In this document: positions 28,863-39,710 of the stretch, piece by piece | How the letters are laid out: each line of letters starts with the position of its first letter | Numbering within the stretch: the stretch's first letter is position 1 | NCBI GenBank assembly: GCA_029552945.1 | Contig: JAKPDD010000043.1 | Coordinates: 6,516 to 70,515, forward strand | From: Spirochaetota bacterium | Lineage (GTDB): Bacteria; Spirochaetota; GWB1-36-13; JAKPDD01 | Length of the DNA stretch: 64,000 bases | Direction: 5' to 3' | The notes under the pieces: model-generated | Told to the model about the DNA's origin: nothing | Seen by the model: only the letters and a program-made list of their open reading frames with translations | Database searches by the model: none | Translations under genes and position numbers: made by a program

Positions 28863-29863
28863 TTTCTTATTATATCAGACATTGAGATTACTAGCAAAGT
28901 AAATAAAATTATATATTTTATATTTGTAGTAGACAATATGTATGTAAACATTATAATCAATTCTATTTGAATTTTATTTTCTAATTTTTGTTTTGTAATT
29001 AAATAAGAAATTAATAACGCTGATAATATTAATGGTATATAGTAATACTCAAATAAATAGTTTGACATTGTAATATATAATAGAATACCTAAAGTAAATG
29101 TTTTTGGTGTTCTTACTTTTTCTATTTTTCTGTATGAAAATAAAGTTGATTTAAAAAAATATGATGTAAAAACACCTAATAAATATATAGAGATTTCGCT
29201 TACATAAGTATGATAAAATCCTATTATCAACCCTAAAAAGAATATTATTATTTTAAAAGATATTTTATTTGATAAGAAAAGTTCGTAAACTTCAATAAAA
29301 ATAAATAAGATAAATAATATTATCATAAAGTTTAATAAATCAAAAAATGAAGTGTATTTTACAAAATAGATTATTATTGCTGGTACTAAAAATAATAAGT
29401 TTACTTTATTTTCTTTAATATTATTTATTAGTGTATTTATTATAAAAAATAGTAATATAGATTCTATTTTATTCTCTGTTAGAAAATAATATCCTAAACT
29501 TAAGACAATCGATAGAATAGAGTATAAAAAATTTACTTTTTTTATAGAAAATTCTATATTTAATTCTGAAAAAAAGCCGATGTAAAATAGTATAATATTT
29601 ATAACTAAATAATAGTCTTGAATATAATTCCTGGGTAAAAAAATACTTAAGATCAAAAAAATACTTAAAGATGATAGATATTTACTATATTGCCTTAATA
29701 TTGTGCTTATAAGTATTATAACCGGGAGTATTATAAGTATATATATATAATTATTAATCTTTAAATAAGAGATAAATTGAGATACAATAAGTACTATTAT
29801 TGATACTAGTAATAATATGTACTCCTCTGCATAGATCTTAAATCTTCTCAACACTGTCCTCAA
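28847..29863 (-). CDS. polytopic integral membrane protein (hypothetical)
   Basis: 338 aa with about 10 hydrophobic segments. Confidence 0.55.
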   Translation of the reverse strand: MRTVLRRFKIYAEEYILLLVSIIVLIVSQFISYLKINNYIYILIILPVIILISTILRQYSKYLSSLSIFLILSIFLPRNYIQDYYLVINIILFYIGFFSELNIEFSIKKVNFLYSILSIVLSLGYYFLTENKIESILLFFIINTLINNIKENKVNLLFLVPAIIIYFVKYTSFFDLLNFMIILFILFIFIEVYELFLSNKISFKIIIFFLGLIIGFYHTYVSEISIYLLGVFTSYFFKSTLFSYRKIEKVRTPKTFTLGILLYITMSNYLFEYYYIPLILSALLISYLITKQKLENKIQIELIIMFTYILSTTNIKYIILFTLLVISMSDIIRNYKDV

Positions 29864-30938
29864 AAGACTTAAGTTGAAAATCTGAAAAAAACTTATTTAA
29901 GTTTTTAAAATTAGGATTTTTATCAAGTATTTCCTGTAAATAATTTCTAGCATTTTCTTTGTCTATATTATACATTATTTTAAATTTTTCTATATATAAG
30001 TTTTCATCTTGAGGGTCAGAACTTATAAGTGAGTCGATTATTTTCAGAGCTTCATTAGGCTTTCCCTGTTTTTCTCTTATTTTTGCTATATTTATCCAGG
30101 CTTCATTTATGTGTTCTTTGTCCTTACTTATAGATTTTCTTAGAGCTTTTTCAGCTTCCTTAAATTCATTTAGATTTATATAAACTTTACCTATTTGTAA
30201 CCATAATTTTGGATTTTCAGGGTCTAATTTTTTCATTCTTTCATAGTATTCTAATGATTCCTGGTATTTACCCAGAGAAAATAATGAGTTTGCAATACCA
30301 AATATTGCATAGGGATTATTTTTATCTAGATTTAAAGCTTTTTGATAGTAATTTAAAGCATCTTTATATTTGGCTTTTTTTCTGTATATATTACCTAACA
30401 TTGTAAGTATATTTATAAGATGTGGTTCTATTTTTAATAATTTTTCCCAGTATACAATAGCCATACTGTATTTACCCTGTTTATAGTACAGGTCCCCTAG
30501 TCCCATTAGGGCAAATTTATTGTTTACATTTGTTTCCAGCGACTTAAAATAATATTCTTCTGCTTTTTCAAGATTACCTAACTGTTTGTATGCGTCAGCA
30601 ACTCTAGTTATTATAGAATAGTCTTTTGGATTTATTTCAAGATACTTATGCCAAACTTCGAGTGCTTTTTCCCTCTGTTTTAAACCTCTGTAAGAGTCAC
30701 CCATCCCAAGGAGTGCATATAGGTTTTTATTGTCTATTTCATAGGCTTTCTGGTAGTATTTTAATGCTTCCTCAAATTTTTTTTGTTTTCTTAATGCTTC
30801 ACCAATACCAACAAGTACATAGGTATTATTTTGGTCAATTTCATATGCTTTTTTAAACTCTTCTAAAGCATTTTTATATTTACCTTCTCTTATAAGTTCA
30901 TATCCTTTTTTAGTTATATTTTTTATTGTATCTTCCAT
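29838..30938 (-). CDS. TPR-repeat protein
   Basis: About 9 consecutive canonical TPRs (ALxxYxKAxEIDxxN patterns). Confidence 0.8.
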   Translation of the reverse strand: MEDTIKNITKKGYELIREGKYKNALEEFKKAYEIDQNNTYVLVGIGEALRKQKKFEEALKYYQKAYEIDNKNLYALLGMGDSYRGLKQREKALEVWHKYLEINPKDYSIITRVADAYKQLGNLEKAEEYYFKSLETNVNNKFALMGLGDLYYKQGKYSMAIVYWEKLLKIEPHLINILTMLGNIYRKKAKYKDALNYYQKALNLDKNNPYAIFGIANSLFSLGKYQESLEYYERMKKLDPENPKLWLQIGKVYINLNEFKEAEKALRKSISKDKEHINEAWINIAKIREKQGKPNEALKIIDSLISSDPQDENLYIEKFKIMYNIDKENARNYLQEILDKNPNFKNLNKFFSDFQLKSFEDSVEKI

Positions 30939-31069
30939 ATTTTTACCTTAAATTTTAAAAATAAAATTTTAAATATTATTTATTCAATAATAATACAAAA
31001 ATATAAATTTAAATTTTTTATTAAGAATAACAAAAAATAAATTTTTATTACATTTTATTTGAGGATTAT

Positions 31070-32137
31070 TTGACTATTAAAAGGATTTCTATAAATAATT
31101 TAAGGATATTAAACAATATATTTTTAGTTCCTGATAAAATTAATTTTATAATAGGTAATAATGGGCAGGGTAAGACATCAATATTGGAAGCTATTTCATT
31201 GATTTCTGGAAGATCATTTAAAAGAAGTCCTGATAAAGAACTTGTTAGGTTTAATAGCAATAATTATCTTATACAAATAAACCTTGAAAAAAATAATATT
31301 TCTGATATAATTAAAATAGGTTATGATATAAATATTAAAAAAAAGATTATAAGTATTAATGATAAAAAGGTAAAAGTTACTGACCTTGTCCAATACTTTC
31401 CAGTAGTAACTTTTTCACACCAGGACATCTCTTTTATGTATGAATCCAGGGCAAGAAAAGTTTTTTTTGACAAAATGTTATCTTATATAGACAGAGTTTA
31501 TTATAATAATCTTATAAAAATGACTAAAGCTATTAAAAACAGAAACAGGCTTATTAGAAATAGAAGAGATTCTACTTATTGGGATACAATTATATCTGAA
31601 ATATTTCCTGAAATAGTAAAAAAAAGAATAAAAATAATAGATTCTTTTAATAATTTTCTTCTTGAATATAAGAGATTCTTTCCTGAAGGAATAGAGAATA
31701 TTAAATTTTCGTATAGTATTGGTATAGATACTGTTAATAAAAATAATATATTAAAATTACTTGAAGAAAGAAGAAGAACTGATATTGAAAGGGGTTTTTC
31801 GACTGGAATAGTTTTTGATCATTATTCTATCCTTGTTAATTCTAAAAAAATAAAATATTTTGCTTCTACAGGTCAGGCTAAGTTTATTATATTCCTTTTA
31901 TTTTTTTTACAGGCAGTTTTTATACTTGAGGTTTCGGGTATAAAACCAATATTATTACTTGATGACCTTTTTTCTGATGTTGATTCTGTTAATAGAAATA
32001 AGATGCTTAATATAATAAGTAATAATTATTTTCAGACATTTATAACTATGACATTTGAGGACTTTAATGGTATCAAGAATTATAATACTAAAGCTAATAT
32101 TATTAAAGTTTATAGGGGTAATTTAATTGAGAATTAA
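31070..32137 (+). CDS. recF: DNA replication and repair protein RecF
   Basis: Contains Walker A GNNGQGKTSILEAI, ASTGQAKF and Walker B ILLLDDLFSDVD. TTG start after TGAGGA. Confidence 0.85.
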   Translation: MTIKRISINNLRILNNIFLVPDKINFIIGNNGQGKTSILEAISLISGRSFKRSPDKELVRFNSNNYLIQINLEKNNISDIIKIGYDINIKKKIISINDKKVKVTDLVQYFPVVTFSHQDISFMYESRARKVFFDKMLSYIDRVYYNNLIKMTKAIKNRNRLIRNRRDSTYWDTIISEIFPEIVKKRIKIIDSFNNFLLEYKRFFPEGIENIKFSYSIGIDTVNKNNILKLLEERRRTDIERGFSTGIVFDHYSILVNSKKIKYFASTGQAKFIIFLLFFLQAVFILEVSGIKPILLLDDLFSDVDSVNRNKMLNIISNNYFQTFITMTFEDFNGIKNYNTKANIIKVYRGNLIEN

Positions 32138-32756
32138 AGTCTCAGAAATATTTTATTCTATTCAGGGGGAAGGTAGTTTTACTGGTTATCCTTTTGTATT
32201 TTTAAGACTGGGTGGCTGTAACCTTAAGTGTTCTTATTGTGATACTAAATATAGTTTTAATGATTATGATTATATGAATATAGAAGATTCTTTAAATATA
32301 ATCAGGTCTTATAATGTTAAGAATCTACTTATAACTGGTGGTGAACCTCTACTTCAAGAGGAGCAAATACTGGAGATAATAGGTTCTCTTGGAGACTTTT
32401 TTATAAGTATAGAAACTAACGGTAGTTTAAGCATAAAAAACTTACCTGCTAATGTTCATATTGTAATTGACGTTAAAACACCTTCAAGTGGTTTTGGCAA
32501 TTCTTTTATGATTGATAATTTAAAGTATTTAAAAAAAAGTGATGATATAAAGTTTGTAGTATCAAACAGGTTTGACTTTGAGTTTAGTATGGATTTTATT
32601 AACACTTATAACCTCTATAATATATCTAAAAATATTATAATATCTCCAAATATTGATACTCTATCACCTTCTCTTCTTGCCTCATGGATATTAGAAGAGA
32701 GGAACTCTAATATAAAACTCGGTATTCAATTACACAAATTTATAGGATTTAAATAA
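32127..32756 (+). CDS. queE: 7-carboxy-7-deazaguanine synthase (radical SAM)
   Basis: Reads EIFYSIQGEGSFTGYPFVFLRLGGCNLKCSYCDTKY. Confidence 0.85.
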   Translation: MRIKVSEIFYSIQGEGSFTGYPFVFLRLGGCNLKCSYCDTKYSFNDYDYMNIEDSLNIIRSYNVKNLLITGGEPLLQEEQILEIIGSLGDFFISIETNGSLSIKNLPANVHIVIDVKTPSSGFGNSFMIDNLKYLKKSDDIKFVVSNRFDFEFSMDFINTYNLYNISKNIIISPNIDTLSPSLLASWILEERNSNIKLGIQLHKFIGFK

Positions 32757-32761
32757 AAAAT

Positions 32762-34033
32762 TTATTCTTTGTATTTTAATACTATAATAGTTGCATCATC
32801 ATGTTGTGGTTCTTTACCTCTGAATTTTTCAATGTCTTTTAATATAAGAACAGGGATTTTATCAATTTCTTCTTCATTTTTAGATATTATATTTTCTATT
32901 CTTTCTATTGGATACATATTACCATTAAAATCTTCCTGTTCTATTATTCCATCAGATAATACTAATAAAATGTCATTATTTTTTAGGTGAATTGAGGCAA
33001 CATTAACTTCTATATCTTTTGATATTCCAATCGGCAGGTTTACATTAGGGTTTTTTATTTTATGTATTTTTTTATTTCTATATATATATAAATATGAATG
33101 CCCCATATCATAAATTACAGTTTTTCTACTTTCTTTATTAATTTTTAAAAAAATTCCTGTAAGATATTTTTGTAAATTGAACGAATCAAAAATATAATTA
33201 TTTAAGCTTTTAATAAAGTTAGTTAAACCTTTACTAAAATCATATACACTAAAAAAACCGCCGAGAAGAACTGATACAAGTGCTGATGAAATACCTTTAC
33301 CTGAAACATCGCATAGAGAAACAATGTATTTTTCATCTATCTTTTTTATTATATAAAAATCACCTCCCAATCCCTTTGCCATAGAGGTTGCTCCTGCTAT
33401 TTTTATATTTTTATCTTCAATATAGTTTTCCTCTTTTATTATACTTAACTGTATTTCTTTGGCAAGTTTCATCTCTTTTTGAGTCATATTAGAAATATAT
33501 GAAAGAAGGTCTATATTACTGAATATGCCATAAAAGTCCCCTTCATTTGTTATTGTTATAAAATATTTTATAGTTTTTTCTTCCAGTGTTCCTATCTCAT
33601 TAACTATTGTGAATATTGGTGTATTTGCATAGAAACACTGTGTCTTTTTTACTATATCAAGGTATGGTTTGTTTGATAAATCTTCTATTTTCTTATTTTC
33701 AAGAAGGTCTCTACCAAACTTTTTTCCTGCCATATCAAAAATTATTTGTCTTATTATTATACCTATAGGTTTTTTATCTTTGTTTACTACACAGATTACT
33801 GATATATCCTCTTTTTTTAAAAGTTCTTCCAGTAGGTCTCCTATGTATACATCTTCATATACATAATATAAACTTGTTACAATTTTACTTATTACTTCTC
33901 CCTTTATTTTATCTAATGTTGTGTTTGATTTTATTAAGTTTTTTTCATTTTCATTTTCAAAGATTTTGTCTATCTCATTTTTAAGGTTTTTATCCAATAC
34001 TAGTTTATTATTGTCTATTTTGTTTTTTAACAT
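32762..34033 (-). CDS. CBS-domain-containing PP2C/SpoIIE-family serine phosphatase
   Basis: The central CBS pair is followed by GGDFY, DVSGKGISSAL, SDGIIE and HDDATIIV. Confidence 0.8.
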   Translation of the reverse strand: MLKNKIDNNKLVLDKNLKNEIDKIFENENEKNLIKSNTTLDKIKGEVISKIVTSLYYVYEDVYIGDLLEELLKKEDISVICVVNKDKKPIGIIIRQIIFDMAGKKFGRDLLENKKIEDLSNKPYLDIVKKTQCFYANTPIFTIVNEIGTLEEKTIKYFITITNEGDFYGIFSNIDLLSYISNMTQKEMKLAKEIQLSIIKEENYIEDKNIKIAGATSMAKGLGGDFYIIKKIDEKYIVSLCDVSGKGISSALVSVLLGGFFSVYDFSKGLTNFIKSLNNYIFDSFNLQKYLTGIFLKINKESRKTVIYDMGHSYLYIYRNKKIHKIKNPNVNLPIGISKDIEVNVASIHLKNNDILLVLSDGIIEQEDFNGNMYPIERIENIISKNEEEIDKIPVLILKDIEKFRGKEPQHDDATIIVLKYKE

Positions 34034-34212
34034 GATTATACCTCCTTAAGGTCTTTATTTTTTTACTTTAAAGTGATTTTAATCAAAAGTTAAGCAAAAC
34101 TATTTTATCTTTTGTTAAAACTTTATTAATTTATCATTACACTCTATTTTATTTGTTACATTTTTGATAACTTTAATTTTTTGAATTTTAAATTTTCTTA
34201 AGAGGAATTTAT

Positions 34213-35454
34213 ATGTTCACCTTTTTTATTGCAAAAAAACTTATAAAACCACATTCAAATGATTTTTTTAGTAGAATATCTGTTATTTCAATATTAACTG
34301 TATTTATATCTGTTTTTTTACCTATGTTTGTTCTCGGTCTTATAAATGCTTTTCATAATTCTTTAAAAGAAAGGATGATAGCGGTTGACTTTCATTTTCA
34401 GATTATTGACCCTAATTATAGGATGGATGATTATGAATATTTGGCCACTAATATTAATAATAATATGGATTCTTTAGTTGCAATGCCATTTTTTGAAGGT
34501 TATGGCATGTTAATAGGTGATTTTGATAAAATACCTGTGGTTGTAAGGGGTGTTCCTGATTTTTTCATAAATTTTATACCAGTATTGAAAATAAAAAGTG
34601 GTGAATGGAATATTAATGGTTATAACGTTGTTATAGGAAATGGACTTGCTGATAGATTTGGTATTAAGGTTGGTGATATAATAAATATTTATATTAAAAC
34701 AACAACAGAATATGAGGTTGAATCTCCAATAATGTTAAAGAGGCTTAAGGTATCTGGTATATTTGTAACTGGCTACGATAATCTTGATGATCTATTTATT
34801 TTTACTGGATTTTCAACAGCTCAGTCAATTTATGACTCCAGGAATAAGGCAAGTGGCATAGGTGTTTTTATGAAAAATAGAGATATGAAAGAATATAAAA
34901 ATAAATTGAATATTCTTAAAGAATATATAAAAAATGTATCTTATTATAAAGTAAATGACTGGGAAAAACTTAATAGCAATATTCTTTTCTCTTTTAAATG
35001 GGAAAAAACAATAATGACTGTTGTACTTGTGATTATTATTATTGCCTGTCTCTTTTCAGTGTATGTTGGATATAATGTTGTTATATCAGATAAAAAGATT
35101 GATCTTGGAATTCTTGGGGTCCTAGGACTAGATTCTCTTAAAATAAAGAAGATTTTTATTTTAAAAGGTATTTTAATGGGTTTTATAGGCATATTTTTAG
35201 GCCTTTCTTTAAGTGGATTTATGCTGAATAACATTTATTTTATTATTCAGGGTATACTTAATGCTCTTAGTCTATTAGGTATAAAAATTTTATCGGCCAA
35301 AATTTATTATACTGCAAGTCTTGGACTTAATTGGGATTTTTTTGATATATTTATAATCTCCTTATTTAATATGTTTATAGTTATTTTTGCTGTGTTTTTA
35401 CCTATAAAGAAAATAGAGAAAAGTACAATATCAGAAATAATAAGGAATAAATGA
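34213..35454 (+). CDS. FtsX/MacB-type ABC permease (LolC/E-like)
   Basis: Has an N-terminal TM, a large periplasmic domain and 3 C-terminal TMs. It is coupled to the downstream ATPase. Confidence 0.8.
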   Translation: MFTFFIAKKLIKPHSNDFFSRISVISILTVFISVFLPMFVLGLINAFHNSLKERMIAVDFHFQIIDPNYRMDDYEYLATNINNNMDSLVAMPFFEGYGMLIGDFDKIPVVVRGVPDFFINFIPVLKIKSGEWNINGYNVVIGNGLADRFGIKVGDIINIYIKTTTEYEVESPIMLKRLKVSGIFVTGYDNLDDLFIFTGFSTAQSIYDSRNKASGIGVFMKNRDMKEYKNKLNILKEYIKNVSYYKVNDWEKLNSNILFSFKWEKTIMTVVLVIIIIACLFSVYVGYNVVISDKKIDLGILGVLGLDSLKIKKIFILKGILMGFIGIFLGLSLSGFMLNNIYFIIQGILNALSLLGIKILSAKIYYTASLGLNWDFFDIFIISLFNMFIVIFAVFLPIKKIEKSTISEIIRNK

Positions 35455-36125
35455 TGAGAAAAATAGAAATTAATAAACTTTATAAGTCTTATATATGGGG
35501 TGAAGAAAAGATAGAAGTTATTAAAGGTATTAGTATGACTTTTGAAGAGAACAGGTTTTATTCGATTGTTGGTGAGAGTGGTAGTGGGAAAACAACCCTA
35601 CTTAATCTTATTGGGGGGCTTGATAACCCAGATTCAGGGAGTGTTATGATAGATGGTAAGGACATTACATCTATGAGTGATGAAGAGAAAGCTATTTTTA
35701 GAAACAATAAACTGGGTTTTGTCTTTCAGTTTTATAATCTTCTTAAAGACTTTACTTTAATAGAGAATGTTATGCTGCCATACTATATTAAAACAGGTAA
35801 TAAAAAAGAAGCTATAAAAAATGCTTATAATACTCTTGAGATGTTTAGTCTGGAAAAAAAAGCTAACTACTATCCACATCTACTCTCTGGTGGTGAACAA
35901 CAAAGAGGTGCGATAGCAAGGGCTATAATAAATCAACCTGAAATAATACTGGCTGATGAACCTACAGGTAATCTTGATAAAGAAAATAAGAAGATAGTAA
36001 TGGGTATATTGCTTAACCTAAGAAAAAAATATAATTTAACTTTAATAATTGTTACTCATGATATAGAAATTGCAAAAATGTCTGACTCCATAATAAAACT
36101 TAATTATGGTAAAATAGAGTTATAA
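35451..36125 (+). CDS. ABC transporter ATP-binding protein (LolD-like)
   Basis: Contains GESGSGKTT, LSGGEQQR and ILADEPTGNLD. Confidence 0.85.
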   Translation: MMRKIEINKLYKSYIWGEEKIEVIKGISMTFEENRFYSIVGESGSGKTTLLNLIGGLDNPDSGSVMIDGKDITSMSDEEKAIFRNNKLGFVFQFYNLLKDFTLIENVMLPYYIKTGNKKEAIKNAYNTLEMFSLEKKANYYPHLLSGGEQQRGAIARAIINQPEIILADEPTGNLDKENKKIVMGILLNLRKKYNLTLIIVTHDIEIAKMSDSIIKLNYGKIEL

Positions 36126-36211
36126 CATTAGGTTTTATTTAGTTTTTTGTTATTTATATTTCTTATAATAAATTTGTATTGTAATTTTTTACACTTCAGT
36201 AAGGAGTTTAA

Positions 36212-37390
36212 ATGATAAGTAATAGAGCATTAAAAGTTGAACCTTCTTTAACTTTAGGTATTTCAAGCAAAGCTAAAGAGATGAAATCAAAGGGCATTTA
36301 TGTTATAAATTTTTCAGCTGGTGAACCAGACTTTGACACACCAAAAGTTATAAAAGATTCTTGTAAAAAGGCTTTGGATGAAGGTAAGACAAAGTATGCA
36401 CCTGTTGCAGGTATACCTGAGCTAAGAAAAGCAATATGTAATGAATACTCAAAAATTGGGCTTAATTATGATATAAAAAATGTTTTAGTTACAGTAGGAG
36501 CAAAAGAAGCTTTATTTTTAGCAATACTTGCTATTGTAAACAGTGGTGATGAGGTTATTTTGCCAAGTCCTTACTGGGTAAGTTATAAAGAGATGATAAA
36601 TATAGCAGACGGTATTGCTGTTACAATTGATTCTGGGATAGAAAAAGACTTTAAGGTCTCAGCTTCTGATATTGAAAAGGCTATAACGCCTAGAACAAAG
36701 GCTATAATTATTAATTCACCTTCAAATCCTACAGGTTGTGTATACACAGAATCAGAGTTAAGGGATATAGCAAAGGTTTTAGAAGATAAAAATATTTACA
36801 TAATTTCTGATGAGATTTATGATAGACTGCTTTATGATGGTATTAAACATTTTAGTATAGCAAGTGCATCTGAAAAAATAAAGGAAAAAACAATACTTAT
36901 TAATGGTTTTTCTAAGTCATGCTCTATGACAGGTTGGAGATTAGGTTATGCACTTGGAGGTAAAGAGATTATAAACTATATGGAAAGACTTCAAAGTCAC
37001 TCTACCTCAGGCCCTGCAACATTTATTGAGTATGCTGCTGTTGAATCATTTAATATAGATGATGAAATTGAGAAAATGAGGGAAGAGTTTGAAAAAAGAA
37101 GAGATATAATGGTAGATGGTCTTAATAATATAAAGGGAATAAAGTCCTTGAAACCTAAAGGTGCTTTTTACTGTTTTGCAGATATAAGATATTATATTGG
37201 AAAAAATATTGATGGTAAACTTATAAAATCAAGTATGGATTTTGCAGAATTACTACTTGAAAAAGCACATGTTGCTGTTGTTCCAGGACTTGCTTTTGGT
37301 ATTGATGGTTATATGAGACTCTCATTTGCTACTAGCCAGGAAGATATTATAGAGGGTATAAAAAGGATTAAACAAATAGTTGAGGGATAA
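36212..37390 (+). CDS. class I PLP-dependent aminotransferase (aspartate aminotransferase-like)
   Basis: Contains NSPSNPTG and SKSCSMTGWRLGY (PLP lysine). AAGGAG RBS. Confidence 0.9.
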   Translation: MISNRALKVEPSLTLGISSKAKEMKSKGIYVINFSAGEPDFDTPKVIKDSCKKALDEGKTKYAPVAGIPELRKAICNEYSKIGLNYDIKNVLVTVGAKEALFLAILAIVNSGDEVILPSPYWVSYKEMINIADGIAVTIDSGIEKDFKVSASDIEKAITPRTKAIIINSPSNPTGCVYTESELRDIAKVLEDKNIYIISDEIYDRLLYDGIKHFSIASASEKIKEKTILINGFSKSCSMTGWRLGYALGGKEIINYMERLQSHSTSGPATFIEYAAVESFNIDDEIEKMREEFEKRRDIMVDGLNNIKGIKSLKPKGAFYCFADIRYYIGKNIDGKLIKSSMDFAELLLEKAHVAVVPGLAFGIDGYMRLSFATSQEDIIEGIKRIKQIVEG

Positions 37391-37391
37391 T

Positions 37392-37868
37392 ATGTTAAAC
37401 AAGAAGTTTACAAATAGAATTCTGGAAATATTTGAGATTTATGATAAAAACCCTGTTTCTAAAATATCTATAAAAGATAAAAAGTTCGGACTTACAATAA
37501 GTGATTCATCGCCTAAAATAAAACCAGTACATAGTGTTTCTGTTGAAAGAGTCTCATCTATTGATTCTCCTATAAAAATAGAGGGTAATATATCTGAAAC
37601 GTTTGATACTTTGAAAGAGGAGAAGACTGGATTATACGAAATTAAGTCTCCTATGACTGGTGCTTTTTATTCAAAGCCAAATCCTAACTCCGAGTCTTTT
37701 GTAAAAAAAGGTGACTTTGTTAATGAATCAACGACAGTTGCTCTTATTGAAGCCATGAAGATGTTTAACGAAGTTAAAGCTGGAGTAAAGGGAGTAATAG
37801 AAGAGATAAAATTTAAGGATGGCGACTTTGTAAATCAGGGTGATATATTGTTTTTGGTAAAAATATAG
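37392..37868 (+). CDS. accB: biotin carboxyl carrier protein-like
   Basis: EAMKMFNEV biotinyl-lysine motif in a C-terminal lipoyl-like domain. The ATG at 37392 is preferred, being 5 nt after GAGGGA. Confidence 0.7.
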   Translation: MLNKKFTNRILEIFEIYDKNPVSKISIKDKKFGLTISDSSPKIKPVHSVSVERVSSIDSPIKIEGNISETFDTLKEEKTGLYEIKSPMTGAFYSKPNPNSESFVKKGDFVNESTTVALIEAMKMFNEVKAGVKGVIEEIKFKDGDFVNQGDILFLVKI

Positions 37869-37881
37869 TAAGGAGTTATTT

Positions 37882-38904
37882 ATGAATTTCCCATTTAATC
37901 TTGATAAAAATGAGAATCAGTATGGTCCTGCACCAAAATGTTATGAATTTTTAAAGCATATAACCATGGAAACTTTTAATTCATATTCTAGGGATTATCC
38001 TAAAAGAATAAAGGAGAAACTTTCTGTTACTTTTGGTGTGGCACCAGAAAGAATAATTTTAGGTTATGGCTCAGAAGATATATTAAAACAGGCGATTTAT
38101 TATGCTGTTAAAAAGGATGATGTATTAGCTGTACCTGATAAGTCATGGTGGTATTATGAACATATTGGTAAAGAGGTAGGTGCTAAAATAGTTAAGTATG
38201 ATATGATTGAAAAAGATGATACTTTTGAGTATGATGTAAATAAAATATTTGAAATCCTTGAAAAAGATAAACCAAAAGCCTTAATAATAGCAACACCTAA
38301 TAATCCTACTGGCAACGTTATGGACTTGGAAAATATAGAGAAAATAATAAGTTGTTCAGGAGATACACTTATTATATTGGATGAAGCTTACTGGGGTTTT
38401 ACAGACTTTTTTTATGGTGAAAAGATGGTTGAAAAATATGGTAATGTTATGGTATTAAGGACATTTTCAAAATATTTTTCACTTGCTGGTGTAAGAATAG
38501 GCTTTGGATTTATAGGTAAAAACCTTTCTGAATTACAGATATACAACAACAGGTATTTAGGTTATAACAGGATTTCTGAAGAACTTACATTTGCTGCATT
38601 AGATGATGAATCAAGTAAGTATTATGAAGAAAAGGCTAAAATGATTATGGAAGATGCACAGATCTATTTTGATGAGTTTAAGAAACTTGGATTTAAGCCA
38701 TATAAGACACATGCTAATTTTATACTTGTTAAGCTACCTGAAAAAGAGTTTAATTTTCTTAAACAGGAGATGCCTAAAAAGGGAGTTATAATAAAGTTTT
38801 TTGCAGAAGAGGGTTTTAAAAACTGTATAAGAATATCAATAGGGACAAAGGAACAGAATCAATATGTTATAAAAACTGTAAAGGAATTACTTGGTAAGAG
38901 ATGA
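37882..38904 (+). CDS. HisC/CobD-like class II PLP aminotransferase or decarboxylase
   Basis: Contains TPNNPTGN, LDEAY and FSKYFSLAGVRIGF. Confidence 0.7.
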   Translation: MNFPFNLDKNENQYGPAPKCYEFLKHITMETFNSYSRDYPKRIKEKLSVTFGVAPERIILGYGSEDILKQAIYYAVKKDDVLAVPDKSWWYYEHIGKEVGAKIVKYDMIEKDDTFEYDVNKIFEILEKDKPKALIIATPNNPTGNVMDLENIEKIISCSGDTLIILDEAYWGFTDFFYGEKMVEKYGNVMVLRTFSKYFSLAGVRIGFGFIGKNLSELQIYNNRYLGYNRISEELTFAALDDESSKYYEEKAKMIMEDAQIYFDEFKKLGFKPYKTHANFILVKLPEKEFNFLKQEMPKKGVIIKFFAEEGFKNCIRISIGTKEQNQYVIKTVKELLGKR

Positions 38905-39710
38905 TAAGGGAATATAGACAGTCTTTAAAGAGGGTTGAGGCTGAAGAGGTTTTAGACCTTTTAATTTTTAGACCTCTTGGTTTTTTATTAGCATTTTTAC
39001 TTAAAAATACAATAATAAGCCCTAATTTTATAACATCACTTTCAATGTTATTGGGGCTTATTTCAGGTTATTTCATATACATAAGAGATTATATCCTTGG
39101 TGCTCTATTCTTGTTTTTAGCAAATCTGTTAGATTGTTCTGATGGTCAGCTTGCAAGGATTAAAAAACAATTTTCTCCAATAGGTAGAATACTTGATGGT
39201 TTTGCCGATTACATTACCTATGTCTCATCATATATTGGACTTGGTTTTGGTCTTATGGCTTATTATAATGATATTACATATGTGTATGTAGGACTTGTTG
39301 CAGGTGCATCAACAATTATTCAAGCAGCTATGTTTGATGATTATAGGAATATTTTTATAGGCGGTAAAAATATAGATGACCTTCAAAAAGAACTTATAGA
39401 AGTAAAAAGTCTTAAGACTGCTACTAAAAATTTTATTTATAAAATTTTATACTTTTTTTATATTCCCTATATAAAAAATCAGATTAATATTAGAAAAAAG
39501 TCTAAAATAGGTTATATTTCACCAATATTTATAAGATTATTTTCATTTGTTGGTTCAACTACACATATCTCTCTTTTTATAGTTTTATTATTAATAAATA
39601 AGCCTGAATACTATTTTTATATAATATCAATTGTTTTTAATATCTATTTATTTATATTACTTCTATTTAAAAACAAACTTAATAAAAAACAGTTAGGAGA
39701 TAAAAATTGA
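38901..39710 (+). CDS. CDP-alcohol phosphatidyltransferase family membrane protein
   Basis: DCSDGQLARIKKQFSPIGRILDGFAD matches D-x2-DG-x2-AR-x8-G-x3-D-x3-D. Multi-pass membrane protein. Confidence 0.8.
   Translation: MIREYRQSLKRVEAEEVLDLLIFRPLGFLLAFLLKNTIISPNFITSLSMLLGLISGYFIYIRDYILGALFLFLANLLDCSDGQLARIKKQFSPIGRILDGFADYITYVSSYIGLGFGLMAYYNDITYVYVGLVAGASTIIQAAMFDDYRNIFIGGKNIDDLQKELIEVKSLKTATKNFIYKILYFFYIPYIKNQINIRKKSKIGYISPIFIRLFSFVGSTTHISLFIVLLLINKPEYYFYIISIVFNIYLFILLLFKNKLNKKQLGDKN

Noticed and set aside
34074-34085. TGATTTTAATCA palindrome in the PP2C/lolE divergent spacer, and TGATTAA half-sites at 43436-43446, considered as further copies of the glnA enhancer motif.
   Set aside because: The spacer length differs (2 nt versus 7 nt between the TGATT and AATCA arms), no -24/-12 element is nearby, and short AT-only palindromes are expected by chance in this composition.
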